Shown here piece after piece: positions 52,912 to 64,000 of a stretch of DNA of 64,000 nucleotides. The stretch is taken from contig JBHGNT010000011.1 in the NCBI GenBank assembly GCA_043228905.1, positions 5,394,001 through 5,458,000 of the forward strand, in the 5' to 3' direction. Each line of letters starts with the position of its first letter. Position 1 is the stretch's first letter. The notes under the pieces are model-generated. The model had not been told where the DNA came from. It saw only the letters and a program-made list of their open reading frames with translations, and did not search any database. The position numbers and the translations under genes were made by a program. The DNA comes from Azolla caroliniana (taxonomy: Eukaryota; Plantae; Polypodiophyta).

Positions 52912-53329
52912 CTAATTCGATCGACACAATGACATCCGAGGAGAAACTGAGGTTTCCTCCCCCCCCCCCCCCACTTCATGTTGTCCACCCATACATGTGT
53001 ACAATATATGCGATACAATATGATCCGATCGAGACATCAACACCTAGGGAGAAAATGAGGATTCGCTCCAAGCCTCGTAGATGCAATAATTGCAACCTTC
53101 TTGCCTCTGTGTACCTATTCACTTTAGGAAAAGACATATATATGGACATAAATTCCCCTCTCAACATTTTTTGAACTTTTACGACCGATTTTACATTCGT
53201 CCGCAATTTTAACCCCACATGCGCTAATAATTTCTTTCTTTCTGGAAAAAAACAAACAACGACCATTCCTTGGAAGCTCCTATTTCAACTTTGAGATTGT
53301 TCATTCTAAATTGACATATCCCAAAGATT

Positions 53330-53545
53330 TTACGAAGACAAAATTTACAATATGTCTATCTAACTTGAGACTCTTACGTGTGATGATAATGAGATTCTTT
53401 TGTCGCTTTTTATCTTATTTACTTTTCCTACTTGGCATCATTTTATTTTGGTTTGTTGTTCTTATAGATGAGAGATGTAATGAGTCATTTGGTCTTACGA
53501 GGTCATTTTGGCCTCTTAAAAGATGGTCAATATATCTTTCTTTTC
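53330..53545 (+). mobile_element. LINE 3'-end copy (plus orientation)
   Basis: TTTGGTCTTACGAGGTCATTTTGGCCTCTTAAAAGAT...TCTTTCTTT is the reverse complement of the family 3' motif. Confidence 0.7.
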
Positions 53546-53859
53546 CCTCTACAAAAAAAATGAAATGAAATCTTTACTTCTTAATTTCACATGAAGCACT
53601 CATGTTGTGTAGCAGTTATCGAACATTCTTGTTAAGAATTAGGTAATTAAGCAAGGGTTAATTAGTACCTAATTATGTGATTAAGTTAAGCGGAAGATTA
53701 AGTGACATGTGTGTGAGAGGAAGAGAGAGAGGAAAACACTATGAACAATGAGACAAGATGGGGGACGATTAACAATATTAAAAGTATCATCAAATACAAA
53801 AACACCTACAATGAGGTACATATATATACATCTCATGTGCAAAGGTGCACATGTGTGAG

Positions 53860-56125
53860 CATTGTTGGGCAAAGTTTCTATTCCCTACCGGAATTTTTCC
53901 TGCTTCTTATGATCCTAATCGGAAATTAAAAATTTTAACCTGCCACTTTCCTACAAGTGATAATGTCAACTGGAACATGTTAAAAAAAAATTTGGGCACT
54001 AAAACTAATTGATGTAAGATATTAATCAAATCCACAACCTTTTATCATGTTATCTTTTCTTGATGACCTATTTACCATTGTGTTGGCCAAAGACTTAGAC
54101 GTCCTTGGCAACACATGAATGTTTAAGGCTTCAATATTATTCATAACTTGTCTATATCTAAATTGTTTACAAACAACAATGTATAGTTACATTTCTAGGA
54201 AATTAGCCTCTCCTATCCATGCAAAAAATCATGGCATTTGGTACTTTGGTTATATACATACTCAAAATCAAAATGATTGAAAAGCTATTATTCCAATAAT
54301 ATGGTTGTTTAGGCCTATCAATTTTTTCCCGTCCTTATCTGGGTTGTCTATCAACATTTTTTGGCTTTGTGAATTCATTGAGCTCTGCAATGGAAAAAAG
54401 GAACAAACCATACTTTTATATAGCTTTGAGCCACCATCAACATTGCCAATAAAAGAATAGTGACACATGCAATGGACACAAAAAACATATTTTATTATTA
54501 CTCTTAGAGGACAAAATATGGCCTACAAGGACCCAAAATGAAACATTTTCAATATGTGGAATCGATTAGTGACTTTCATGAAATGGAATGAACTAAACTT
54601 AAGTGTTCATATCTCTACATATACACCATCTACAAGTGAAATAAACAAAAGAAAGCTAGATAGGAGAATGATATGATACTCACTCTAGTCAAACTCAAGA
54701 GCCGAGCAACTAATGTAGATCTCATTGGTGATACAAAAGAAACAATGTCTCTAGTTCTGCTCTCATTCAAATCAATAGATAAAAAATCATTAAATTCAAT
54801 TTATCTTCCCCAAAAGAACTTGTTTTTTAAATTAAGGCGTTCTTTAAACGAATGATTTTGAATATGCAAAATTAAATTTTCACTTTCTAGGCATTACCTT
54901 TTATGAACATCCACATATTCATCTATCTTATAAACAATCTCTTCCCTCATTATTATTAACCCACAAAGGTGCATGAGATGAAAGAAACAAAGCACCCATA
55001 GTTGGAGTTTAATACACAAATGAATTAGCCATATTAAGGCAAACACGAAAACATACCTCTTATGGTTTAATGAGTCGAGGGTTCCTTCTGCATTTGCATA
55101 GATCTGAAGACTATCAAAAATCTCATAATCTCCACAACATGAGTACAAACAGATGGCCTTATGTCCCACATCATTGGTATGTTGTTGACACAGAGACAAC
55201 ATATTAAACCAGTGTCCATATTAACTGCACAAAAGATCAATTGCCTGTGGGCAATAACCAATTGGAGCACGGTACATATATCTACATGACATGATAGAAT
55301 AAGTATTCCATCTCCATCATCTGACCAACTAATTTCAGCTCCTGCTAAACAAGAAGAGATTAATTCATCTTCTCCAACAACAGTTAGAAATGGTGTGAAG
55401 CAGTACGTAATCATGTGGTTCATGCTTTTAAATAATCCTAACACATGTGATTCAACATGTCGACCCCCTCCCTTGTTCCTTGATAGAAATCCCATCCCAT
55501 TAATTATTGCTTCCAATTTCCTGTCTTTGTTAGCAAGTTGTAGCATCGACAATAAAAACTCTAAAACCTTGAGTACATTTACCAAAAAATTCATTATGAT
55601 GATAAGAAAAAACCCAAAAAATTGATCCATAATGAAGATAAAAACAAAAAATATTTCCAGTTACATAACAAAAATAAGGGAAGGTTTAAAGGAAAACAAA
55701 ATTGATTGAAGAAAATGACTTGCTTTCTTCTTGTCAGGACCGAATTTCTCAGATTTCACTACTCCTTCGATGAGTACACTATTTGCGAAGAGGTAATACA
55801 GACACGGGAAAAGAGAGGGAAAACTTGGGAAAAAGAGGGATTCGAGAGTAGGGGAACAGGGAAAAGAGGGGGGAAATAGGGATTCGAGAGTAGGGAAACA
55901 TGGAAAAACACAGTGAAAGAGGGGGAAAGAGGGAAACTCGTTTTTTTAACATTATTTTTTTAAACAAAATGCATAAATAGCCGGTTATAAAAAAATGAAC
56001 TGGCTAGGTTCCAATTTTTGGGAAATTCTAGGCGGAATCAGTTCCGGCTCTCTCCCACCTTGGTCGGCAAAAGTCCCGATGTAACCGGAACACTAACATT
56101 GTTCCTGGGACTTTGCCCAACACTA
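53860..56125 (-). mobile_element. hAT-superfamily DNA transposon relic (~2.27 kb)
   Basis: Terminal inverted repeats CATTGTTGGGCAAAGT (53860) / ACTTTGCCCAACACTA (ends 56125). 8-bp TSD TGTGTGAG (53852-53859) / CGTGTGAG (56126-56133). Decayed transposase-like text on minus (VLKVLEFLLSMLQLANKD...MGFL; LQIYANAEG). Confidence 0.78.
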
Positions 56126-57938
56126 CGTGTGAGTAGAATATAGGTACAAACGTGTAAGTCCTATATTAAATGAACATGGAAGTGGAGGATCTACAATGTA
56201 TCCCACTTGAGTACAAAATCCTATTTAAGAAGGTCAACACACTAACTAGATTCTATCTAGGTAACTGCTAAGTTACGTGTGTTGACTGACTAGCTAACTA
56301 AATCTAGTTGAGCTTGATATCTCAACAATTCTAATAACTTTCTTAATTCATTATCCACAACCATTGACATATCCATGTGCTTTGACTTCTCGTATCCATT
56401 GTTGTGCAAACCTTCTGACAAGTGAGCACTTCTCTTCTCGATAACTACTTTTGCAACTTCAAATTCTCGCAAACTCATACTTGGAAAAGAAAAAACATTG
56501 TCTCATAAAAGACATTGTCGATATGCCCATATGTCTTTGCAAAAGAGGACAAAATTCAAAGTCCAATGAAGCGTGGATTGCACAACGAAGATAATCACAC
56601 ACATACAACGTCGTGCTGATTTAGTGAGATTTTGTATGTTGTGTGATGGACATTTTGTTATGACACTAGTAACTACACAACACATGAAATGATGGCTTGT
56701 TGTGTCTAGATATTGTGAGATAGTGTTTGTTGTGTGGCCATTACAACAACAAATACACTTGTTAAGATGGCTCTATTATGAGAGTGCATGCATGTGGTTC
56801 ATAGTTGATTCCTATCTACTATTCCTATGACATATTGTCAATAGTACAATATGTTTGTGACACAACAATCCATTAGAGTCCCATGAATTACGAATAGAGA
56901 AAGGCAACTACATATAATTCCAACATATAGGAGTTTGGGATCTCAGTCGTGATATCGTAGAATTTGAGAAACCATGTGAAGGAGAGCCAACACAAAATGC
57001 GCATATGATGCCATCTCATCTCATATATTTGGGGCTCTTTAGGCATTATTGTCCCCAAGGTAACCAACAATGAGAATTTGCCAAACTAGCTTCCCTTCCA
57101 ATCCCCTTGAATACGAAGGCATTCCACATACATAAAACATGGCATGATTGTTGATAAGTCAATAACTCAAAATCTATTCGAAAGCGTGACAAAAGGTAAA
57201 CAAAAGATGACTTGTGAGAAGAATCATTAGAGAACAAGAGGGTGTTTTGAAACCCTTATTTATAGATGCCCATACAATAAAAAAACATGTCCAAAATCTA
57301 TATTGGCCAAGTAATAAAGTGAAAATGACATAACTCAACATATACACACATTCCACCAACAATTTTACGCATTCTTAAAGTGTCTCATAGGGATAAACCC
57401 CTACAATTCATAGCACCATGGATTAAAAAAATGCATTTGATCTAAACACAAGACATATATTGCCAACACATCTACACTAGACATCGCCATCACGTCGTGG
57501 GCACCATTCGTGTCAAACAAACCCCCCTGTTTGCCTATCCATACAAAGCCTACAAATCAACTCGCAATAAACACTTTTGTTGTTTGTTTTTTTCTACTTA
57601 AAAAACTTTGCTAAGAATAATATCCTTATTCATCGAGACAAACATGCAGTCAGCGGCAAAGTGAGGGCACAAGGGAATCCAGGAAGACTCGAGCACAATA
57701 GAAATGGTTCAAAACCCCCACAATTGAGAGGGCTATATATCCAACTTCAGATGGCTATATACAAGAGGTGAGAGGGGGGATACAATCTCGTGGGAGCTGG
57801 TATTCGCATCTCGTATTCGGATGGGGTGACGAACAGAAGCAGGGGATGGGATAAGCAGAAGGCGGAGACGGAGAAGACCATTATTGGAGGGCGCATCCAT
57901 CTGTCTCCATTCTCTGGTGTCATCCGTCTCCGTTCTCC

Positions 57939-58270
57939 GGTCTGTATCTGGTGTCTATATCTGGTGTGTGTATTTGGTGTCTATGTCTGGTGTCTGTATT
58001 TGGTGTCTATGTCTGGTGTGTGTATATGGTGTCTGTATCTGGTGTCTATATCTGGTGTCTATATTTGGTATCTATGTCTGGTGTGTGTATATGGTGTTTG
58101 TATCTGGTGTCAATGTCTGGTGTCTATATCTGGTGTCTGTATTTGGTGTCTATGTCTGGTGTCTGTATTTGGTGTCAACGTCTGGTGTCTGTATTTGGTG
58201 TCAATGTCTGGTGGTGTCTGTATCTGGGTGTCAATGTCTGGTGGAGTGTGTGTGTGTGTGTCTGGTGTCT
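57939..58270. repeat. ~12-14-bp tandem array (TCTGGTGTCTGTAT-like) immediately upstream of RPS3a
   Basis: More than 20 variant units; produces spurious repetitive ORFs in all frames. Confidence 0.9.
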
Positions 58271-58344
58271 GCGACGGACACAAGGTGTGAAAGCGGACAA
58301 CCCATTCATTGTCTGCTATGTGGGGGAGATCCATCCTCTCGGTT

Positions 58345-58347
58345 TAG

Positions 58348-58352
<5 letters not shown>
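58345..58352 (-). promoter_or_regulatory. Telo-box (AAACCCTA) before the (CT)n 5' region of RPS3a; more copies in intron 1 (~58645-58660)
   Basis: TAGGGTTT ~90 bp upstream of the ATG; telo-boxes are established elements of plant ribosomal-protein promoters. Confidence 0.6.
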
Positions 58353-58388
<36 letters not shown>

Positions 58389-58437
58389 CTGTCTGTCTGC
58401 GTGTCTGTGTTGTTGGTTGCCTGCGCAGCTCCTCGCC

Positions 58438-61400
58438 ATGGCCGTCGGGTAAGCTCTCCTTCCTTCCTTCCTTCCTTCTTTCTTTCCCCATTCCCCTTCC
58501 ACTTTTTTTTTTTCCCATTGCTATTTCCATCTCTCCTCGACAGCACGCATTTCTCCTATTCCCCCCCCCCCCCTTTTCGACTTCTCTTTCTTCCCGATTT
58601 CTCGCTCCTGTCTCACCTGATTCTCTTTTGCTTTTCTTTCTGTTTAGGGTTTAGGGTTTTTACCTTTTCCAGGCAACTATACCCATTCATTTCTTCCGTC
58701 TCTCTCCCCCTCTCTCAGGGGTCCTCTTTTCTTTCTCTTCAATTTCTTTTTCTTTTCCTCTTGGAAATACTCGTCAGTTTTCTCACAGTTTCTCTCGTTC
58801 TCTTTCGGTTTTTCAGGAAAAACAAGCGTATCTCGAAAGGAAAGAAGGGAGGAAAAAAGAAAATGTGAGAATTAATATCCTGAATGCCATTTGTATTCCG
58901 GATGGATCCAACGCTCTCCTGATGCGTTTCTTTTGGTTGTACAAACGGCATCTTCTTTTGTCTGATTTTTTTGTGTGAAATTTCTATATAGAGTTGATCC
59001 TTTCTCCAAAAAGGATTGGTATGATATCAAGGCTCCCTCTACCTTCAATCAGAGGTCTATTGGCAAGACGCTTGTAACCAGAACTCAGGGAACAAAGGTT
59101 AGATTGATACTTTGTATCGATTCATATCATGAGTTTTGAGTGCCTGTTTTATGTTGATTATGTGATTGCATAGATTAGAGACATGCAATCGGACATCCAC
59201 AGAAGGAGTTTAAGCGAATTCTGTGTTTTGATACTCTTTCAATGCTCTTTACCTGAAACATAAATGTTAAGTTTTGTCCTAAAATGCAATTTCAGTTTTT
59301 TGGATTGTATTGATGTCTTCATTTGATCTGATGTGGAGGTGCAATCAATAATTGAATGTCCTCAAATGGAGACTACATTGAATATGCTAGCATGGAGTGG
59401 AGCCATGCCTGTAACTAGCAATCCAGAATGTTTATAGGAAGCTTCATTTTAGTTTTGTTTCCGAGTTCATATTTTGCATTTCCATACTCTTGTATATCTG
59501 GAATCTCTATCACTTTTTAAATTTGAAACTCAGCTATGTAAAAAAGCTTACAAGGAATATGGATCTGTGCCTGTAATCAGAATGAGAATTAGTTTCCAAT
59601 CCAGACACTAGGTAAGTGTCCACTAGATGTCTTGACATGATCAGCTATGATTCAGCTCAAATTTTTACCTGCATGGAGTGTCGAGTAATTCAGAATGCTT
59701 AAACGAAGTATCATGTAGTTCGTCCTTGTTGTCTGTAATCCATCTGGAATATGGAAATCTTATTTTTTAGCATGACAAAGAAGTTCCCTACAATGTGGTC
59801 TCTACCATTTTTTTTCTGTAATCAATTTTAAAGTCAAGCTGTTGAAATTCAGATTTCCTGTTGATATGAATTCATCCACATCAAGCATGTATGCGTTGTA
59901 ATTTATCTCTTTGGTAATTTTGATTATCACGCTTAATACGTGTACTGCAATTCTAAGCTTCTATGCATATATCATTTGGTTCAGTGGAGGTGCATCTACA
60001 GTAATTTTGATCGTCTCTCTTGAGTTGGGTGGCTATATCATTAGAATTGAGATTAGTTAATGAAAGTCCACTATAATTCGGTATTTACTCGAGTTGTTTT
60101 AGCTTTCATTATCTGGTGAATATAAACAAACTATGAGAAATAAGAACCGAGGTGTTGCCTGCTATTTTGTAGATTGCAGCCGATGGCCTCAAAGGTAGAG
60201 TTTTTGAATGCTCTCTGGCTGATCTTCAGCAAGATGAAGATCAAGCGGCTCGTAAAATCAAACTGCGAGCCGAAGATGTTCAAGGGAAGAATGTACTTAC
60301 AAACTTCTGGGTGAGAACATTTTCTGCAAAGCCATTTTATTTCTCTTTGTATATCATGTTTTTTCTTGCTTGAAGTGAACTTAGCTGCGTTTTCTTGTTC
60401 TAGGGTATGGATTTCACTACAGACAAGCTTCGATCCCTTGTTAGGAAGTGGCAATCTCTTATTGAAGCTCATGTTGATGTCAAGACTACCGACAACTATA
60501 CCTTGAGAATGTTTTGCATTGCTTTCACCAAGAAGAGGCCCAATCAGATCAAGAAAACATGTTATGCACAGTCGAGTCAAATTAGACAGGTAGAAAGATT
60601 TCCCTGAATCCTACTTGGTTGATACCAACAATGCTAGAGACATTGTAATATGGCATTATCATATTTGTTTTCCCTTTTGTGTTTTGTAGATTCGTAAGAA
60701 GATGACAGAAATCATGGTCCGTGAAGCACAGTCTTGTGATTTGAAGGAATTGGTTGCTAAGTTTATTCCTGAAGTGATTGGGAAGGAGATTGAGAAAGCC
60801 ACATCTGGGATTTATCCATTGCAGAACACTTTTGTCAGGAAAGTGAAAATTTTAAAGGCTCCTAAGTTTGATCTGGGAAAGCTTATGGAGGTAATGCTCT
60901 TTAATCATCTCAAATTAAAACTCTGATTTGTGATGTGCCATGATCACTTCAGAAAGACATGTCTATGACTTGCGGATATCACAAAGTTTATGATCAAATA
61001 GGTTCATGCGATGAAAATTGAAATGGATGGATATTATGATTCATAACCCTATATAGAAATACATAACGGCAAAATGTATTTCTAAGTAAATTCCATGTTT
61101 TTCTAATTCAATTGAAATGGAATTTATAATTCGTCACTACCTTATAATTCATGGCCTTACAACAATGTTTTATGAAGTTGGGGATTGGAAAATTTCTGAC
61201 TAAATAGAATTGTTTATCTGATATTATTGGGATGGATATTTTGGTTAAATCATGGATTTTGCAAAGGTGTATGTAACTTTGATATAGATTGCTGCAAATT
61301 AATATGATTAAATGGGTTTATGTACTATTATTTATTTTAGGTTCATGGAGATTACAGTGAAGATGTGGGCACGAAGGTAGAGAGACCCATTAGTGAGGAT

Positions 61401-61442
61401 GCAGAACAACCGAAAGCCGAGACAGAACTTGTTGGTGCTTGA
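58438..61442 (+). CDS. RPS3a: 40S ribosomal protein S3a (eS1), 263 aa, 7 exons
   Basis: Exons 58438-58448, 58817-58864, 58992-59097, 60173-60310, 60404-60589, 60690-60890, 61341-61442 (792 nt). Protein: [35 protein letters not shown]...[17 protein letters not shown]...[32 protein letters not shown]. Confidence 0.97.
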
Positions 61443-62778
61443 TTTTCTATGTGAAGAAAGAAAATGGAATTTTGCTGTGGATAAGAGATTTTCATTTGCC
61501 ATTTGAGGCTTTTCTTTTTGGTTACTTTTTGCAGACTAAAATGCTTTGGAAGAGTTATTGGTTTAGTGGGAAGAAAAACAAGTTCTTGGTGTATATGACA
61601 TTATCGTCCTTGTTTTTTCTTTAGATGTGTTATGTAGGGTCATCCTCATCACTTCAAAATTCATAATTTGATAAGACATGCTTATCCAAATGCTCTGAAA
61701 TACCCCACCTGAGTTTGTTTTCCTCATTCTCCAAATACATGTGAGTTTTTTTGTCTTTGTTTTCTTCATGGTTTTGCTAGACTGTTTAGGGTGCTATGTA
61801 ACTCGCAATATCAGCTGTTGGCTATTGAAAGATTACTACCATTGATGTTTACAGGTGAATGCTGAATTTTGGTTTGGGATACTCTAAATTTTTTCAAAGT
61901 CTAAGTTAGAATTTGGGCAGATATGCTAAAATATTGTGTGTAATTATCTGTCACCTGGAAATGTTGACAGAAAATGTTATTTTTCTTCATGTTGACTGTC
62001 TTTTCTTTTTTAAGTGAAAATTCCTCAATGTGCTGTTCATTTTAAATTGAGGTATTGGTAGTCTTTTTATTTCCACAGTTTCCACTCAAGAGACAGATGG
62101 CTCAAGGTTTTGTGAGTGGTTGCAAAGAGGCAGATCATGAAGCAGTTGTAATGTTTTTCTTGGTTGTGATGGGGGATCCTCTCCCTAATTACTGCCATGT
62201 GTGCTGATGATGAGAGATCAGGTTTTGGAGGTGGTGGTAGAGGTGGCTCTGGTGGCAGCCATGGCTGTGGTGGGTCTTAGCATGAACTTCCATTGAATGT
62301 AATTCATTATTAAACCTGTAATAATAATGACTGTCACATTTGCATTTTGTTTGGAGGTTTTTGAATTCTAGTCTTATCCATTCCAGTCCTTCCAAACTTT
62401 GTTTCTCATTTGTATCATTGTTATATCATATATGTATACTTGGATTTGTTTAGTTTTTGTTGAAGAACTTTGTAAATGCTACCTTTGGAAGACTTCATTC
62501 AATGAATGTTTGATTTTTTGTTTTGATTGACTATCACGTCACGCAATCATGCATGTGAGGGAGGGTCTTGGACCGGGGAGGACGCGAAGATTGGGACATG
62601 AATGGAATCATAGTATGAACCATGCGTACCATTCGTGCATTCGTGCTCTCGAATGATTCAATCATTCGAGAATGATAAACACTCTCGAAGAATGATAAAT
62701 ACCATACTTTTGGATAAATGGTTTACTATAAGGTAAACATTTTCTCACGGGAAAAAAATTTAAAAAATTGCAAGAAAA

Positions 62779-63740
62779 AAACATATTACCTTCTCAATCA
62801 AAATTTCTGAAATTTCAATTACTGAAATTTCAGAAATTTTGATTGAAATTTCTGAAATTTCTGTGATGAAATTTTATCATGAAATTTCTGAAATTTTTGT
62901 GATGAAATTTTATCATGTCTGAAAGATAAAATTTCATCACAGAAATTTCAGAAATTTCATGATGGAATTTCATCACAGAAATTTCAGAAATTTCACGATG
63001 AAATTTCAATCAAAATTTCTGAAATTTCAGTGATGATTGAAATTTCAGAAAATTTGATTGAAATTTCAGAAATTTCAATCATCACTGAAATTTCGTTGAT
63101 GAAATTTCATCATAGAAATTTCTGTGATGAAATTTCTGATTTTTTAGCACAGAAATTTCTGATTTTTCAGCACAGAAATTTCATCACTGAAATTAAAACC
63201 ATATTTCTACACTAAATATACCTGAAGGTTGAATGCACTCTGCAGAATCGCAAATCGTTTGAGGCTAGGTTGTAGAGGAGAAGAGAGCGTAACGTTAGTG
63301 CAGAGGAAAAGGGAGAAAAGAGGGAAAAATTGAAAAAAATTGAAAAAAAAATGAAAAAAAATTGAAAACATATTACCTTCTCAATCAAAATTTCTGTGAT
63401 GAAATTTCAATCAAAATTTCTGAAATTTCAATCATCACTGAAATTTCGTTGATGAAATTTCATCATAGAAATTTCTGTGATGAAATTTCTGATTTTTTAG
63501 CACAGAAATTTCTAATTTTTCAGCATAGAAATTTCATCATTGAAATTAAAACCATATTTCTACACTAAATATACCTGAAGGTTGAATGCACTCTGCAGAA
63601 TCGCAAATCGTTTGAGGCTAGGTTGTAGAGGAGAAGAGAGCGTAACGTTAGTGCAGAGGAAAAGGGAGAAAAGAGGGAAAAATTGAAAAAAATTGAAAAA
63701 AAAATGAAAAAAAATGAAAAAAAAAATGAAAAAAATGAAA
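62779..63740. repeat. GAAATTTC-rich fold-back array plus a ~350-bp tandem duplication
   Basis: Dense palindromic GAAATTTC units. Inverted arms flank ~62915-62924. The block TTTCAATCATCACTGAAA...CACTAAATATACCTGAAGG...GAAAAAAATGAAAAAAA occurs at ~63073-63360 and ~63426-63715. Confidence 0.85.
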
Positions 63741-64000
63741 AAAAACACACACACGAATATTTGCATATCATTCGTGTTCGTTTTCCAACGTATGAAAACG
63801 AATGATATGGCAGACGAACACGAATTTTACGTACTATGAATGGAATTGAGGACTCAAATCTAAGTGGGGACTGGAACACAAGTTGGGATTCCAACACATA
63901 AAGATGCAGAGAGAGTGGCTAGACTCGTCCATCAACAACCACTTAACCCTCCTAAGAAGTGGTATCAATAGCTATAGTAGTCTTTCTAGTTTGTCGGTCG

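Noticed and set aside
56290-56750. Short ORFs that might be a transposase or Helitron remnant
   Set aside because: No recognisable motif or termini.
57790-58868. Long ORFs (166-305 aa) with VSGVCIWCL repeats
   Set aside because: Translations of the tandem array and of RPS3a intron 1; the real CDS starts at 58438.
63960-63972. PBS-like TGGTATCAATAGC near the window end
   Set aside because: Imperfect match to the Met-i PBS, not preceded by a clear CA LTR end, and no downstream sequence is available to confirm.

Overview
Eukaryotic land-plant nuclear DNA, inferred from spliceosomal GT-AG introns, plant-type LTR retrotransposons and plant gene orthologues; the repeat content suggests a fern-like lineage but this is unverified. 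Three intact multi-exon genes were reconstructed by hand: a RecQ helicase of the RECQL3 type (+, 21234-40365, 19 exons including 8-nt and 4-nt micro-exons), a VGT-type vacuolar monosaccharide/H+ transporter (-, 43673-52016, 13 exons) and 40S ribosomal protein S3a/eS1 (+, 58438-61442, 7 exons). The rest is transposon-rich. Positions 1-9260 are a three-layer LTR nest. A very young Ty1/copia with an intact 1377-aa ORF lacks its 5' U5 and PBS (13498-18601). Also present are an L1 fragment, an RTE/RTEX-like LINE with about 12 scattered 3'-end copies, copia relics filling a 9-kb intron, a TSD-bounded hAT relic (53860-56125) and several tandem or fold-back repeats. The most unusual object is a 3-kb non-coding LTR element (825-3840). 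It has a tRNA-primer-binding-site-like motif next to BOTH LTRs, on opposite strands and each 5 nt from the LTR, and no clear polypurine tract. This suggests, as a hypothesis, tRNA priming of both DNA strands. All family assignments come from recalled motifs, not database searches.
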